A DNA stretch of 63,979 nucleotides, the filler included, from an uncultured bacterium (GTDB lineage: Bacteria > CAYSBA01): assembly GCA_964429075.1 (NCBI GenBank). It is 9 parts of 9 records of this genome, joined end to end, with 100 filler letters (N's around TTAATTAATTAA, not from the genome) between each part and the next. Parts side by side here need not be neighbours in the genome. Positions count along the whole stretch, not along the records: positions 29,883 to 37,171 come from CAYSBA010000058.1; positions 37,272 to 44,461 come from CAYSBA010000059.1; positions 44,562 to 51,669 come from CAYSBA010000060.1; 6 more parts are not named here. One strand, written 5' to 3'. The position numbers and the translations under genes are program-made. The notes beneath the pieces are model-generated. The model did not search any database, was not told the origin of the DNA, and worked only from the letters and a program-made list of their open reading frames with translations. Below are positions 35,788-45,853 of this stretch, piece by piece; the first letter of the stretch is position 1; each line of letters opens with the position of its first letter.

Positions 35788-37039
35788 CTGTTTCCTCCCT
35801 TATGATGGTAATAGAATATTCCTGCACCATATTATCAAGGGCCTTAAAAAAAAGTAAATCCTTTTTAAGGGAATCGATTAATCTATCCCGTTCCATCTGT
35901 GCACGCTTTAGATCCGGACTGATCCCTTCAAAAGAGGCAAGCAATTTTATCCTGTCCTTTAATTCATCCTGATCAATCGAGATGGATTTCTGTTCGATAT
36001 AGCTGTAAAAGACACAATCTCGTATAACCTCTTGATGGGTTAATAACCTTAACATATTTCTCATCTGATAGTTCAGTTCAGAAGGTGGTCTTTTTAAAAT
36101 GCTGTAGGACAGGTTGTTCATCCTTGATTCTGTAAATCTATCGGGTAATCTAAAGGGATTTTTTTCGTAAACCCATTTTGAGATTTCCATCAACGCTTTC
36201 TGTTTATTATTTACCTCAATATCATACTGTAACTTATTATACATTGAATCTTTAAGATGTTTAAGATCTTTGTATCCTGCTGACTTTGCAAAATCATCAT
36301 CAAGATCCGGAAGGGTTGCCCGATAGACCTGCACAATCTCAACTTCGACATCAACATCGGCCTCAGGTTCCAGATCCAGCAGGCTTGACGATACAGAGAT
36401 CTTAAATTTCTGACCCTTCTTTTTTCCTATGGATTCCTTGGAAAGGATTGCTGCAAATCCATCCTGCTGTGTAAAGGTTGCGATTTGAATTAGCCTTGGA
36501 TTTTCATCACCCTCTATTTTATAGAGGATATCCGCCACATGGCTGTCACCAATGGGCTCATCGCTCTTTTCATATCTACCGAAGCTTATTCTCAAATCTT
36601 CGATTCTTTTGTTTAGCCATGATTCTTTGATGCTTTCTGTTGCTATGGTTATCTTTTGATTCTTTAAGATACCAAAATCGATTTGGGGTGGAACCTCTAA
36701 GGAAAGCGATAAGAATATCTTATCTTCCGGCCTGAAGCGAATCACCTCAAGATCAAATATATAAGAAATATTTGCTTTTTCTAATGCCTTATTGATAGTG
36801 TTATCAATTGTGAGTTGTCTTAGCTCGTCCCTATACAGGTTACGGAAACGAGTAAGTATTATCTCATCTGGCACCCTGCCTTTTCTGTAACCTCCTATCC
36901 TTACAGTGTTTTTTATCTTTTGAATAACACTTTTTTTCAGTCTGCTGGCTTCCTCCTCAGGGATCGTTACATCCAGCCGAACAAGGCAGGAATCAAGGAT
37001 TTGTCTTTCAATCTCAAGGTCCATATCTTTCTCCATCAA
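35747..37039 (-). CDS. tig: Trigger factor (divergent)
   Basis: [10 protein letters not shown] ribosome-binding motif, [10 protein letters not shown]; tig-clpP-clpX synteny. Confidence 0.88.
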   Translation of the reverse strand: MMEKDMDLEIERQILDSCLVRLDVTIPEEEASRLKKSVIQKIKNTVRIGGYRKGRVPDEIILTRFRNLYRDELRQLTIDNTINKALEKANISYIFDLEVIRFRPEDKIFLSLSLEVPPQIDFGILKNQKITIATESIKESWLNKRIEDLRISFGRYEKSDEPIGDSHVADILYKIEGDENPRLIQIATFTQQDGFAAILSKESIGKKKGQKFKISVSSSLLDLEPEADVDVEVEIVQVYRATLPDLDDDFAKSAGYKDLKHLKDSMYNKLQYDIEVNNKQKALMEISKWVYEKNPFRLPDRFTESRMNNLSYSILKRPPSELNYQMRNMLRLLTHQEVIRDCVFYSYIEQKSISIDQDELKDRIKLLASFEGISPDLKRAQMERDRLIDSLKKDLLFFKALDNMVQEYSITIIREETGVSDTNSSRTDRA

Positions 37040-37043
37040 TATA

Positions 37044-37125
37044 TGCGAGAGAAGGGATTCGAACCCTTACGGGAAACCCCACTGGATCCTAAGTCCAGCG
37101 CGTCTGCCAGTTCCGCCACTCTCGC
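37044..37125 (-). tRNA. tRNA-Leu (anticodon TAG)
   Basis: Reverse complement GCGAGAGTGGCGGAACTGGCAGACGCG-CTGGA-CTTAGGA-TCCAG, long variable arm, GGTTCGAATCC; typical position upstream of tig. Confidence 0.96.
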
Positions 37126-37137
37126 AGTGCAACAGAT

Positions 37138-37166
37138 TTTGTAACACTGCTTGTCTCATGTGTCAA
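37138..37166 (-). promoter_or_regulatory. Putative sigma70 promoter of tRNA-Leu-tig-clpPX
   Basis: Minus strand TTGACA-17bp-TACAAA with upstream TG. Confidence 0.5.
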
Positions 37167-37171
37167 GCAAT

Positions 37172-37271
37172 NNNNNNNNNNNNNNNNNNNNNNNNNNNNN
37201 NNNNNNNNNNNNNNNTTAATTAATTAANNNNNNNNNNNNNNNNNNNNNNNNNNNNNNNNNNNNNNNNNNNN
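37172..37271. other. Artificial contig-joining linker
   Basis: N44-TTAATTAATTAA-N44. Confidence 0.98.
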
Positions 37272-38341
37272 CAAGCAATCTTTCTGCAACTATCTTTGAG
37301 TTTTCTACAGGGGTATTTGGAAGAAATACAATAAATTCATCACCTCCCCACCTTGCAAGGACATCAGATTTTCTCTTGAGGGCCTTAAGGAGTGCATTTG
37401 AGATCTTTTTGAGGACATCGTCACCTTTCAGGTGTCCAAAATGATCATTGTATTTTTTAAAATTGTCTACATCAATATACAGGATTGAAAAGCAATATTC
37501 GATCAGATCAAGACCACGATGCATCTTTCTTTTTGATCGATAAATAGCCTTTGTCAGGAAATTGTCAAAGAAGTGCCTGTTGTACAGATTGGTTAATTTG
37601 TCTGTTATTGATAGGCGCTTTAGTTCTGTAACATCAACTACCACACCATACACAGCAGTATCTCCATCTGGTGATTTTACAGTACCGAGTGTTACCTGAT
37701 AGGTTGTCTTGTCTTCAAAGGGCTCAACTGTGCAGGGGTCCACATCCTGATCCTGAAGTATCTGCGATATCTTATCCTCAATTGCCTCTCTATACATCGG
37801 CTTTATCTCATCAAGGTCCCGTAGCAGAAGTCCTGTAATGGGTCTTTTTATATGAAAGAGTTTCAAAAAGGTCCTGTTAGCATGAAGAATCTTAGCTGAT
37901 GAGTCTATAACAAAAAGACCCACATTCCCATCTTCTGCAATTATATTATAGTAGCTTTTGAGTGATTCAAGTTCCTTTCTAATGGTAATATCTCTTGCAA
38001 TACCGAATATCTTTACAACCTTACCATCCTTATCCATAATAGGTGTGGTGTGGAGCTCCACCCACAGTTCAATCCCCTTTTTAGTTATAACCTTAAATTC
38101 ATAAGGTGGACTGAGTTCACCCTTTACTCTCTTTTTGAATTCTGATTCAACCTTATCTAAATAGTCTGGGTGAATGAGATCAATCTCGTTGAATTTCTTC
38201 CCTTTGAGCTCTTNNNNNNNNNNATCCTGAAAGCCTCTCAAATTCCCTGTTTATCTCAATAAACTTACCTTTTTTATCTATCAGATATGCAGCATCTGGC
38301 GAATTTTCAAAGGCTATTCGATATATGCTCTTTCTCCCCAT
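37272..38341 (-). CDS. PAS-PAS-GGDEF diguanylate cyclase (gap at 38214-38223; 3' truncated)
   Basis: FENSPDA/GIARDIT PAS-PAC, TDKLTNLYNR, DVDNFKKYND.FGH, RKSD I-site, RWGGDEF; GGAGGAG RBS. Confidence 0.9.
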
Positions 38342-38489
38342 AATGGATCCTCCTCCATGTCTTAAGCTATGCAAAAAATCGATCAATTCCTATAATTTTA
38401 AGAGATCTTTGTCAACCTGAGATAATTTTCTTGATTTTTTGATAGAGTTGTGCTTATATGGTTGAACAAGTTTCTAATGGAGATGGATC

Positions 38490-39122
38490 ATGCCTATAGG
38501 AATTGTTGGTAGAAAGCTCGGCATGACGCAGATTTTCAAAGAGGATGGCACCGTTATCCCCGTGACAGTAATTAGTGCCGAGCCCGGGGTGGTGCTTGAG
38601 GTAAAGACCAAAGAAAAGCATGGTTATTGTGCAATTAAAGTTGGCTTTGAGTCTGCAAACCCCTACAAAATGAAAAAGCCCATACTCGGTCAGTTCAAAA
38701 AGGCAGGGGTAAAACCAAAAAAGATAATAAAGGAATTTCGTCTTTCCGAGGAGGAGTGTAAAAGTTTTAAGGTAGGGGACGAAATCAGTATTAATGTGTT
38801 GAATGAAGGCGGAATTGTAGATGTTACAGGCTGGAGTAAAGGCAGAGGGTTTACAGGGGTTATAAAGAGGCATAACTTTTCTGGTGCAGATGCCGGTCAT
38901 GGAACTCATGAATATTTCAGACATCCCGGTTCAATAGGGATGTGCGAATTTCCTGGCAGGGTCTTCAAGGGCAAAAAGCTCCCAGGACACTGGGGGAACG
39001 AAAGGGTTACTGTCAAAAATTTGAAGGTCGAGAAGATCCTGAGTGATGAGAACTGTATACTTATAAAAGGGGCAGTGCCGGGTGCCAGGAAAGGTTTGTT
39101 GATTATCAAAAAGAAAGCTTAA
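38490..39122 (+). CDS. rplC: 50S ribosomal protein L3
   Basis: [47 protein letters not shown]. Confidence 0.98.
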   Translation: MPIGIVGRKLGMTQIFKEDGTVIPVTVISAEPGVVLEVKTKEKHGYCAIKVGFESANPYKMKKPILGQFKKAGVKPKKIIKEFRLSEEECKSFKVGDEISINVLNEGGIVDVTGWSKGRGFTGVIKRHNFSGADAGHGTHEYFRHPGSIGMCEFPGRVFKGKKLPGHWGNERVTVKNLKVEKILSDENCILIKGAVPGARKGLLIIKKKA

Positions 39123-39145
39123 ACATATTTTATTAAAGGAGGGCC

Positions 39146-39844
39146 ATGAAGAACAGGAATCTTCCCTTGTTGAAAGGCTTATTGTTGTTAGCCTGTGGTT
39201 TAGGTTTGTTTTTTCAAACGAATGTGGCCCGGGCTGATGTGGTTAAACGACCTGAGAATCTACCTCCGCTTTTGAAACAGAGATTTGTCCTTGATGGAAA
39301 ATTTGAGACAGGGCTCAGTTTTGGTATGGAGGTGGCAAGCAAATTCGAACAACATTATAGTCCAGGTCTTTTGTTTGTCTACCATTTTACTGAAGAGCTT
39401 GCTATTGGTCTGCTCGGTCGTTTTGACATTGCCAAAGACAAAGATCTAAAACAGGCCGTATTGAGTAAGAGCACAGATATTACCAAAGAGCTGAGCAATA
39501 CTACAAAGTTTGTCTTTGATGGGATCGGTTTTTTTCAATACAATCCAATGTATGGAAAGTTCAATCTTGGTTCTGAGCTTTCATTCAATTACAACCTATA
39601 CATAGAACTTGGTGCAGGGATTGTATCCACAAACAAGACTGTCCTTGGTGGTGATGCTGATGGTACAACAAAAAGTGGTACAACCCCTGTCTATGTCTGG
39701 GCTGTGGGTTTCCGTTACTGGATCATTGATAATCTTGTCGTCAGACTCGGCTTAAGAGATTATCTGTTTTCAGAAAGTGTTGATGGTAAGGGTCAGATGA
39801 ATGACTATATGTTCGGTGATTTCGGAGTGAATTTTATATTTTGA
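39146..39844 (+). CDS. Outer-membrane beta-barrel protein, myxobacterial GltA/GltB (NfsA/B)-like
   Basis: Signal peptide, YHFTE, NPMYGKFNL, GAG, VGFRYW, RDY, C-terminal F. Confidence 0.78.
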   Translation: MKNRNLPLLKGLLLLACGLGLFFQTNVARADVVKRPENLPPLLKQRFVLDGKFETGLSFGMEVASKFEQHYSPGLLFVYHFTEELAIGLLGRFDIAKDKDLKQAVLSKSTDITKELSNTTKFVFDGIGFFQYNPMYGKFNLGSELSFNYNLYIELGAGIVSTNKTVLGGDADGTTKSGTTPVYVWAVGFRYWIIDNLVVRLGLRDYLFSESVDGKGQMNDYMFGDFGVNFIF

Positions 39845-39852
39845 GGTAGGCG

Positions 39853-40647
39853 ATGAAGAGACTTTTTTTAATGCTTTTTGTAATATCTGTCTCAACATCT
39901 GTTTTTGCTCAGGAGGTAAAGAAGACCCAACAAAAGAGGGGTGGCATCGGGAAGAGGGAGCCATTCCAGGATATACATGTGCTTGAAGAGAGATTTTATT
40001 TAAAGGAAGGAAAATTTGAGATCGCACCATTTTTTGGCACATCCTGGGGAGACAAATACATATCCCACAAGATTGTGGGGATAAAGGGACTTTATCATTT
40101 TAGAGAGAAGATGGCAGTAAGTATACTGGGAAGTTTTTTCTTTAGCAAGCAGACTAACTTTACAATGGATCTGAGAAACAAGGCAAGCCTGCTTCCCTCA
40201 TATCCAAAGCTCGAAGAGTTAAAATATATGTTTATAGGGGCACTGGACCTCAATCCTATATATGGTAAATTTAAGATGTATAATATATTTGGACAGTTTG
40301 ATGTATACGTAAGTGCTGGAGTGGGGATGGCTTCTACAAAATGGTGGCCCTACAAGACCGGTGAATCTAATCAGAAGATTTATAATGATTTAGGCATAAA
40401 GATGATAGGTAGTATTGCAGGTGGGTTCAGGATATGGATGTTTGAGAAACACTGGCTTACCATCCTTTTTGAGGTCAGAGATATCGGTTTTGCCGATGCC
40501 TTTAAACCATCTGAATCTGCAGATTTCAAGGATAAAAATGCATACAATGATCTAAGCGACAGTGAGAAAGATAAGTATATTGGTGATAATATGAATGACT
40601 CAAGAAACATTGTTATGTTTCTACTGGGTTTCTCAATTCTCATGTAG
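39853..40647 (+). CDS. Outer-membrane beta-barrel protein, GltA/GltB (NfsA/B)-like paralog
   Basis: Signal peptide, LKEGKFEIAP, YHFRE, PIYGKF, FDVYVSAGVG, GGFR, EVRD. Confidence 0.78.
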   Translation: MKRLFLMLFVISVSTSVFAQEVKKTQQKRGGIGKREPFQDIHVLEERFYLKEGKFEIAPFFGTSWGDKYISHKIVGIKGLYHFREKMAVSILGSFFFSKQTNFTMDLRNKASLLPSYPKLEELKYMFIGALDLNPIYGKFKMYNIFGQFDVYVSAGVGMASTKWWPYKTGESNQKIYNDLGIKMIGSIAGGFRIWMFEKHWLTILFEVRDIGFADAFKPSESADFKDKNAYNDLSDSEKDKYIGDNMNDSRNIVMFLLGFSILM

Positions 40648-40656
40648 GGTAGGATT

Positions 40657-42180
40657 ATGGTAAAAAAGAGCTCAGTTTATCTATTTCTTTTTATTTTGAT
40701 CCTTTCGAATCTTGCTGACCTTTGGGCACAGCCAGTAACCAATCCACAGAGCGCACAGGATATAAAATTTTATAACAGGGCTGTTGAGGCCTATAACAAG
40801 GGTCGTTATGTTGAGAGTTCCCTTATATTTTTTGACATAATTAGTAATGGAGTTACAACAGAGATTATAGAAAAATGTCAGTACTATCTTGCAAAATCTC
40901 TTCTTAAGCTTGGCCTCTTACAGCCTGCCATGTACTATTTTAGCGTTGTTTTTAAGACAGGCCCAATACATCCTTACTATCTCAAGGCCATAGAGAACCT
41001 TGTTAACATTGCAGAAAAGAAGGAAGACGACATAATTATTCCAAGTTTATTCACAAAGTATTATTCGCAGGATTTTGGTAGATTAAAGCCAGATGTACTC
41101 TATCGGGCCAACTACATTGTGGGTTATCTTTTGTACAATCAGGGTAAGCTTCAGGAGGCAAGCGCCTTTTTGAATACCGTATCTCCAAAGAGTAAGGTAT
41201 ATCCAAAGGCGTTGTACATCCTCGGTATCATAGATTATAGACATCAGAACTATAAGGCGGCACTGGAAAAATTTAAGAAGATAATCTCCCTACCACAGAC
41301 TACAGATAAGATCAGAAATCTTACAAAGATGGCACTCGGTCGCACCTACTATGGTCTGAGAAACTATGAACAGGCCATAAAGTATTACAAATCAATCCCG
41401 CGATTTCTTCCATACTGGCAGGCCTCCTTTTTTGAGCTTGGCTGGGCACACTATAAAAACAAACAGTATGGATATGCCCTCGGCGATCTTCATTCTGTTA
41501 CCGCACCATCCTTTGAAGACAAATTCATCCCTGAGACATGGGTCCTTATGGCAACCATCTATTTCAGACTCTGCCTCTATCCTGCTGTAAACAATGCGCT
41601 AGATTCATACGATAGGGAGTATGTACCTTATATGAAGGCTCTTGAACAGATACTTTCGAGGAGTACTGATGTGGAATACTACTATAGATTGATGTGGGAG
41701 AATCGACCACCAGAGCAGGGCGGCATCCCTGAGGTTATAAAAAAGCATATGTTGCTCAACCCGAGATTAAGAAAGATCCTTCATTTTCTAAAGGATCTTG
41801 AGAAGGAGGAGAAGAAGATTAAGTCTCTGCAGATGTGGCAGGGTAGTACACTCGAATCTGAGCTTCTCGGACAGGTGAATGAGCAGAAGAGACAGTATGT
41901 AAAGATAGCAGGCCAGTGGATAATGATGAGACTGAGAAATATCTATCAGACCCTTCAAGACTTTAAGAATCAGATAGATCTTATAAGATATGAGACAACA
42001 AAGGCTGCAGAAGAGATGCTTGAGAGGGGTAAGGATCCTGATGTGCTGGCGAGGATGCAGAAGACAAAAAAGCCTGATAATATCCCTTATTACGTGGAAT
42101 ACTGGCATTTTAATGGCGAATACTGGCTGGATGAGCTCGGTTACTATGTTTATACTGTGGAGGGCATATGTGGGAAATAA
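40657..42180 (+). CDS. GltC/NfsC-like periplasmic TPR protein
   Basis: Signal peptide, TPRs, SFFELGWA, ALGDLHS, C-terminal EYWHFNGEYWLDELGYYVYTVEGIC typical of GltC. Confidence 0.8.
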   Translation: MVKKSSVYLFLFILILSNLADLWAQPVTNPQSAQDIKFYNRAVEAYNKGRYVESSLIFFDIISNGVTTEIIEKCQYYLAKSLLKLGLLQPAMYYFSVVFKTGPIHPYYLKAIENLVNIAEKKEDDIIIPSLFTKYYSQDFGRLKPDVLYRANYIVGYLLYNQGKLQEASAFLNTVSPKSKVYPKALYILGIIDYRHQNYKAALEKFKKIISLPQTTDKIRNLTKMALGRTYYGLRNYEQAIKYYKSIPRFLPYWQASFFELGWAHYKNKQYGYALGDLHSVTAPSFEDKFIPETWVLMATIYFRLCLYPAVNNALDSYDREYVPYMKALEQILSRSTDVEYYYRLMWENRPPEQGGIPEVIKKHMLLNPRLRKILHFLKDLEKEEKKIKSLQMWQGSTLESELLGQVNEQKRQYVKIAGQWIMMRLRNIYQTLQDFKNQIDLIRYETTKAAEEMLERGKDPDVLARMQKTKKPDNIPYYVEYWHFNGEYWLDELGYYVYTVEGICGK

Positions 42181-44461
42181 GATCGACAAATAGGTTTGTC
42201 ATACTATTTACTATTTTCTGTGTAATTCTTGGTACCGTAAATCCTGCAACGGCAAGAAAGAGGACCAGAAGAAAAAAAACAACAAAGACTACTAAAAAAG
42301 AGAAGATTGAGAGAGGGCCTGCAAAGTTCCAGCTGCCCGCTACTATGAAAAAGGTCGATCTTAGTGAGAAGGCAGCAAAATTGAGGAGAAAGCGTATTGA
42401 GCAGTTAAAGAGATTAATACCAACCTTCCCTGACAACGATCCACGAAAGCCAGATCTTATCTTTCAGCTTGCTGAGGCATACTGGCAACAGGCAAGATAT
42501 ATAGCTCTGAAAGAGATGGAGGCCTATAATAAGGCCTACGATAAGTGGTTAAATGCCTTAAATGCAGGCAAAAAGCTTCCTGAACCAAAGCTGAACAACA
42601 GACGCTCTAAGCTTATAATGAGACAGGCACTCTCATTGTATATGCGCATATTAAAAAAATATAAGGATTATCCGAGGCGGGATGAGGTCCTGTTTGTAAC
42701 TGCGTATAACCTCTATGCTTCAGGAAAAAAGAGAGAGGCAATGAGCAAATACTGGCAGTTGATCAAGGAATTTCCAAACAGCAAATTTGCACCAGATGCA
42801 TATCTTGCAATGGGAGAGCACTATTTTGACAACAACAAACTGATGAAGGCTATAAAGGCCTACAAAGGCGCAATGCGCTACCGTACAGCAAAGACATATG
42901 TGTATGCCCTCTATAAACTCGCCTGGTGTGATTATAACCTTGGGGAATATAAAAGTGCAATCGAGAAATTCAAAAAGGTGATAGATCTCAGTCTGAATTC
43001 TCAGGAGGCAAACAAAATAAAACTTGTTGATGAGGCCCTAAACGATATTGTCCTTGCCTACAGCCAGTTGAACGAATTGCAGGAGGCAAAGTCATACATT
43101 ATTTCAATAAAAGGCAGGGCCACAGCAAAAAAATTGATAGAACAACTTGCCAAGGTATACAAAAAACAGGGTAAGGATGATATGGTTATAATGACCTACA
43201 AAGACTTAATAAACGACTATCCCGATGATGTTAAGGCACCCATGTGGCAGAGTGAGGTGGTAGAGGCATACAGCAGGCTGGGTGATAAAAAGATGGTGAA
43301 GGTAGAGATGAAACGACTTGTCGATCTCTATGGGCCAAAATCACCCTGGGCCGAACGTAACAGACATAATAAAGAGGCCCTTGAAAAGGCCTATGAGTTG
43401 ACAGAGTTATCCTTAAGGAACCTTGTAACATCCTATCACAGAGACGCACAGGTCTCAAACAGGAAGGATTATTATGAGCTCACAAGAGATCTTTATAAAG
43501 AGTATCTTGAGACCTTTCCTGATGTGGAAGCTGCCTATCAGATGCGATTTTTCTATGCCGATATACTCTATAAACTTGGTGAATACAAAAAGGCAGCAGA
43601 AAATTACCACAAGGTAGTAGCTTTAAAACCGAAGGGAAAATATGCAAAGGATGCAGCATATTCAGAGATTCTCTGTTACGAGAAACTGATCAAAGGCGAA
43701 AAGCCCGATGAAAGGCAGTGGGGGAAACGGGGTAAACGCAGACGCAAGAAGAAAGAGAAGATAAAGACAAAGCTAACCTTCAAAAAGATATCAAAACAGA
43801 AAGAGTATAAAGAGGAGGAGATACCGGAGTTAGAGCTAAAACTGGTTGATGCCTGTGACCAGTATGTAAAGATTGTTACCTCACTTGAGAAAAAGCCAGA
43901 TGTGGATGAGCTTGTTGCTGTGAAATTCAAGGCAGCATATGTCTTTTACAGTCACAAACACTTTGAAGAGGCAGGTCATAGATTTGGAGAGATTGTTAAG
44001 AACTGGCCAAATCATAAATACGCAAGGAGGGCAGCAGATCTAACATTAAATATATTTGAGGTAAAGGAAAAGTGGCGTGATCTTGTAAAATGGGCAAAGG
44101 TTTTTATCAAGAATAAAAAACTGACTGCTGATAAAAGGTTTAAAAAATATCTCAAAAAGGTAATAGAGGGTGGTACCTTTAAGATAATCCTAGAGGTCGA
44201 TAAGGAGGGTAACCACGCAGAAGCAGCTGAAATGTTCAGAAGATATACAAAGGATTACCCAAACAGCAAGTATACTTCAAAGGCGTACTACAACGCAATG
44301 GTTATATATGATAAGGCTGAGAAGCTCGATATGGCCCTTAAAATGGCCATGAGTTTGGTAGAAAAGTATAAGAATTTTAAGTATCTAAAAGATGTGTACT
44401 GGAGGATTGCAACATTTTATGAAAGGATGGCAGATTTTAAAAAGGCAGCAGAGTATTACAA
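42168..44461 (+). CDS. GltD(AgmU)/NfsD-like large TPR protein (3' truncated)
   Basis: PDLIFQLAEAYW, YPRRDEVLF, YALYKLAWCDYNLGE, YHRDAQ, YQMRFFYADILY, KFKAA; signal peptide. Confidence 0.78.
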
Positions 44462-44561
44462 NNNNNNNNNNNNNNNNNNNNNNNNNNNNNNNNNNNNNNN
44501 NNNNNTTAATTAATTAANNNNNNNNNNNNNNNNNNNNNNNNNNNNNNNNNNNNNNNNNNNN
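44462..44561. other. Artificial contig-joining linker
   Basis: N44-TTAATTAATTAA-N44. Confidence 0.98.
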
Positions 44562-45061
44562 GAAACATACAGTGTGCCAGACCAGCCACCGTTTTTTTTA
44601 CTCTTAAGATAGGTCTCAATATTATCTATATCTGTTGCTGTCCAAGGTGCATTTGTATCAGGATTCTTATCCCATACAAAATTACTGTCAGAATAGGTGG
44701 TGCCCGGGATAGGTTTGTACGGGCTCTTATAGCGTTGACCATTTATATAAAGACCAAACTCAATCATCTCATCTCCGGTAGTCTGCTTGTGTCTTATATA
44801 CATTGTGACTGAATTTATGATAGCCCCCTGATAGGAAGGATCATTGCTCATCGTTGAATAGAGCTCTCTTTTGTCGGCGTTCGCTGTGGCAGCCGTGGTG
44901 TCCGACTGATCTCCCAGCTCAGTCCCGTTCCAATTCCACTGTCTGTTATCCCTTCCGCTTCTTCCATTAGACCTGATTGTAACCTGATCTGCAAAGGAAG
45001 GCGTAATAATGATACATATTATAATAAAGCATAATATATTTAGAATCCTTTTTTTTACCAT
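44562..45061 (-). CDS. Secreted protein, N-terminal fragment (beta-rich; 3' truncated)
   Basis: Signal peptide ending SFA, N/T/G/W-rich extracellular composition; 3 bp downstream of the cytochrome gene. Confidence 0.7.
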
Positions 45062-45064
45062 TTA

Positions 45065-45853
45065 TCACTCCGTACTGGAGTTTGAGTCCGCATAGTGGGG
45101 CGCATGACAGGAAAGGCAGGTCACCATCATGGCCCCACCTCCAGTATCTCTGACCTTAAGATCATTAGAAGAGATTCCATCGCTCGGTTGAGACGCTCCA
45201 TCTGCATCGAGAGGTACTGATCTGTCATAGTTCATCCCGTTTTGATTCAGTGTCACGCCACTTGGGTGACTTTTATATGAACCATCCCATGTCCTTACTG
45301 CACTCAATGGATTAGAAGGTGCCCAGGCAGAATGGCAGTTGTGGCACAACTGACCCTGATCGTTGTTTATTCTCATGTAATGCCTCCCTGCACTTCCAGG
45401 AGTTGTTGGTGCATCAGGATCGAAGGGTGTATTCTTTTGACTGTGCTGGTCGTGACAGGTGGAACACATGATTTTCCCGCTGTCTAGCCTCCTTGACATC
45501 TCTTGATTCGTTGGAGTGCTTGCGCCGTAATTTGAGTTGTTTACATCTGCATCCCACCGGTGAGAGGTACCTGAAACTCCAGGGGTTGCCTGATCGTTGG
45601 AATCGAAAGGTTTTGTGCCGGCATCACCACCAGATGTATGACACTGCATGCAGACCGTTGCATTGCCAATCCATTTAGTGAGAGCCATCCCCGGGGCATG
45701 ACCACCGTGGCATGTCTTACAGCTGTAATTATTTGGTGCACAGGAGCCTGTATCGCTATGGGGGCAATCGAGTGCAAAAACTCTACCTACATGTAGCATC
45801 AGAGCTACAAAAACAATAAGATTACTAATTATCAGACATTTTTTGTTTGCCAC
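45065..45853 (-). CDS. Secreted pentaheme c-type cytochrome
   Basis: Signal peptide; CKTCH, CMQCH, CSTCH, CHNCH, CLSCH; distal His candidates (SHRW, SHP); GTG start with AGGAG RBS. Confidence 0.9.
   Translation of the reverse strand: MANKKCLIISNLIVFVALMLHVGRVFALDCPHSDTGSCAPNNYSCKTCHGGHAPGMALTKWIGNATVCMQCHTSGGDAGTKPFDSNDQATPGVSGTSHRWDADVNNSNYGASTPTNQEMSRRLDSGKIMCSTCHDQHSQKNTPFDPDAPTTPGSAGRHYMRINNDQGQLCHNCHSAWAPSNPLSAVRTWDGSYKSHPSGVTLNQNGMNYDRSVPLDADGASQPSDGISSNDLKVRDTGGGAMMVTCLSCHAPHYADSNSSTE

Noticed and set aside
37400-37480. GGDEF protein as a Hypr (3',3'-cGAMP) synthase
   Set aside because: The specificity position reads GHLKGD (Asp), not the Ser of Hypr enzymes, which fits an ordinary diguanylate cyclase
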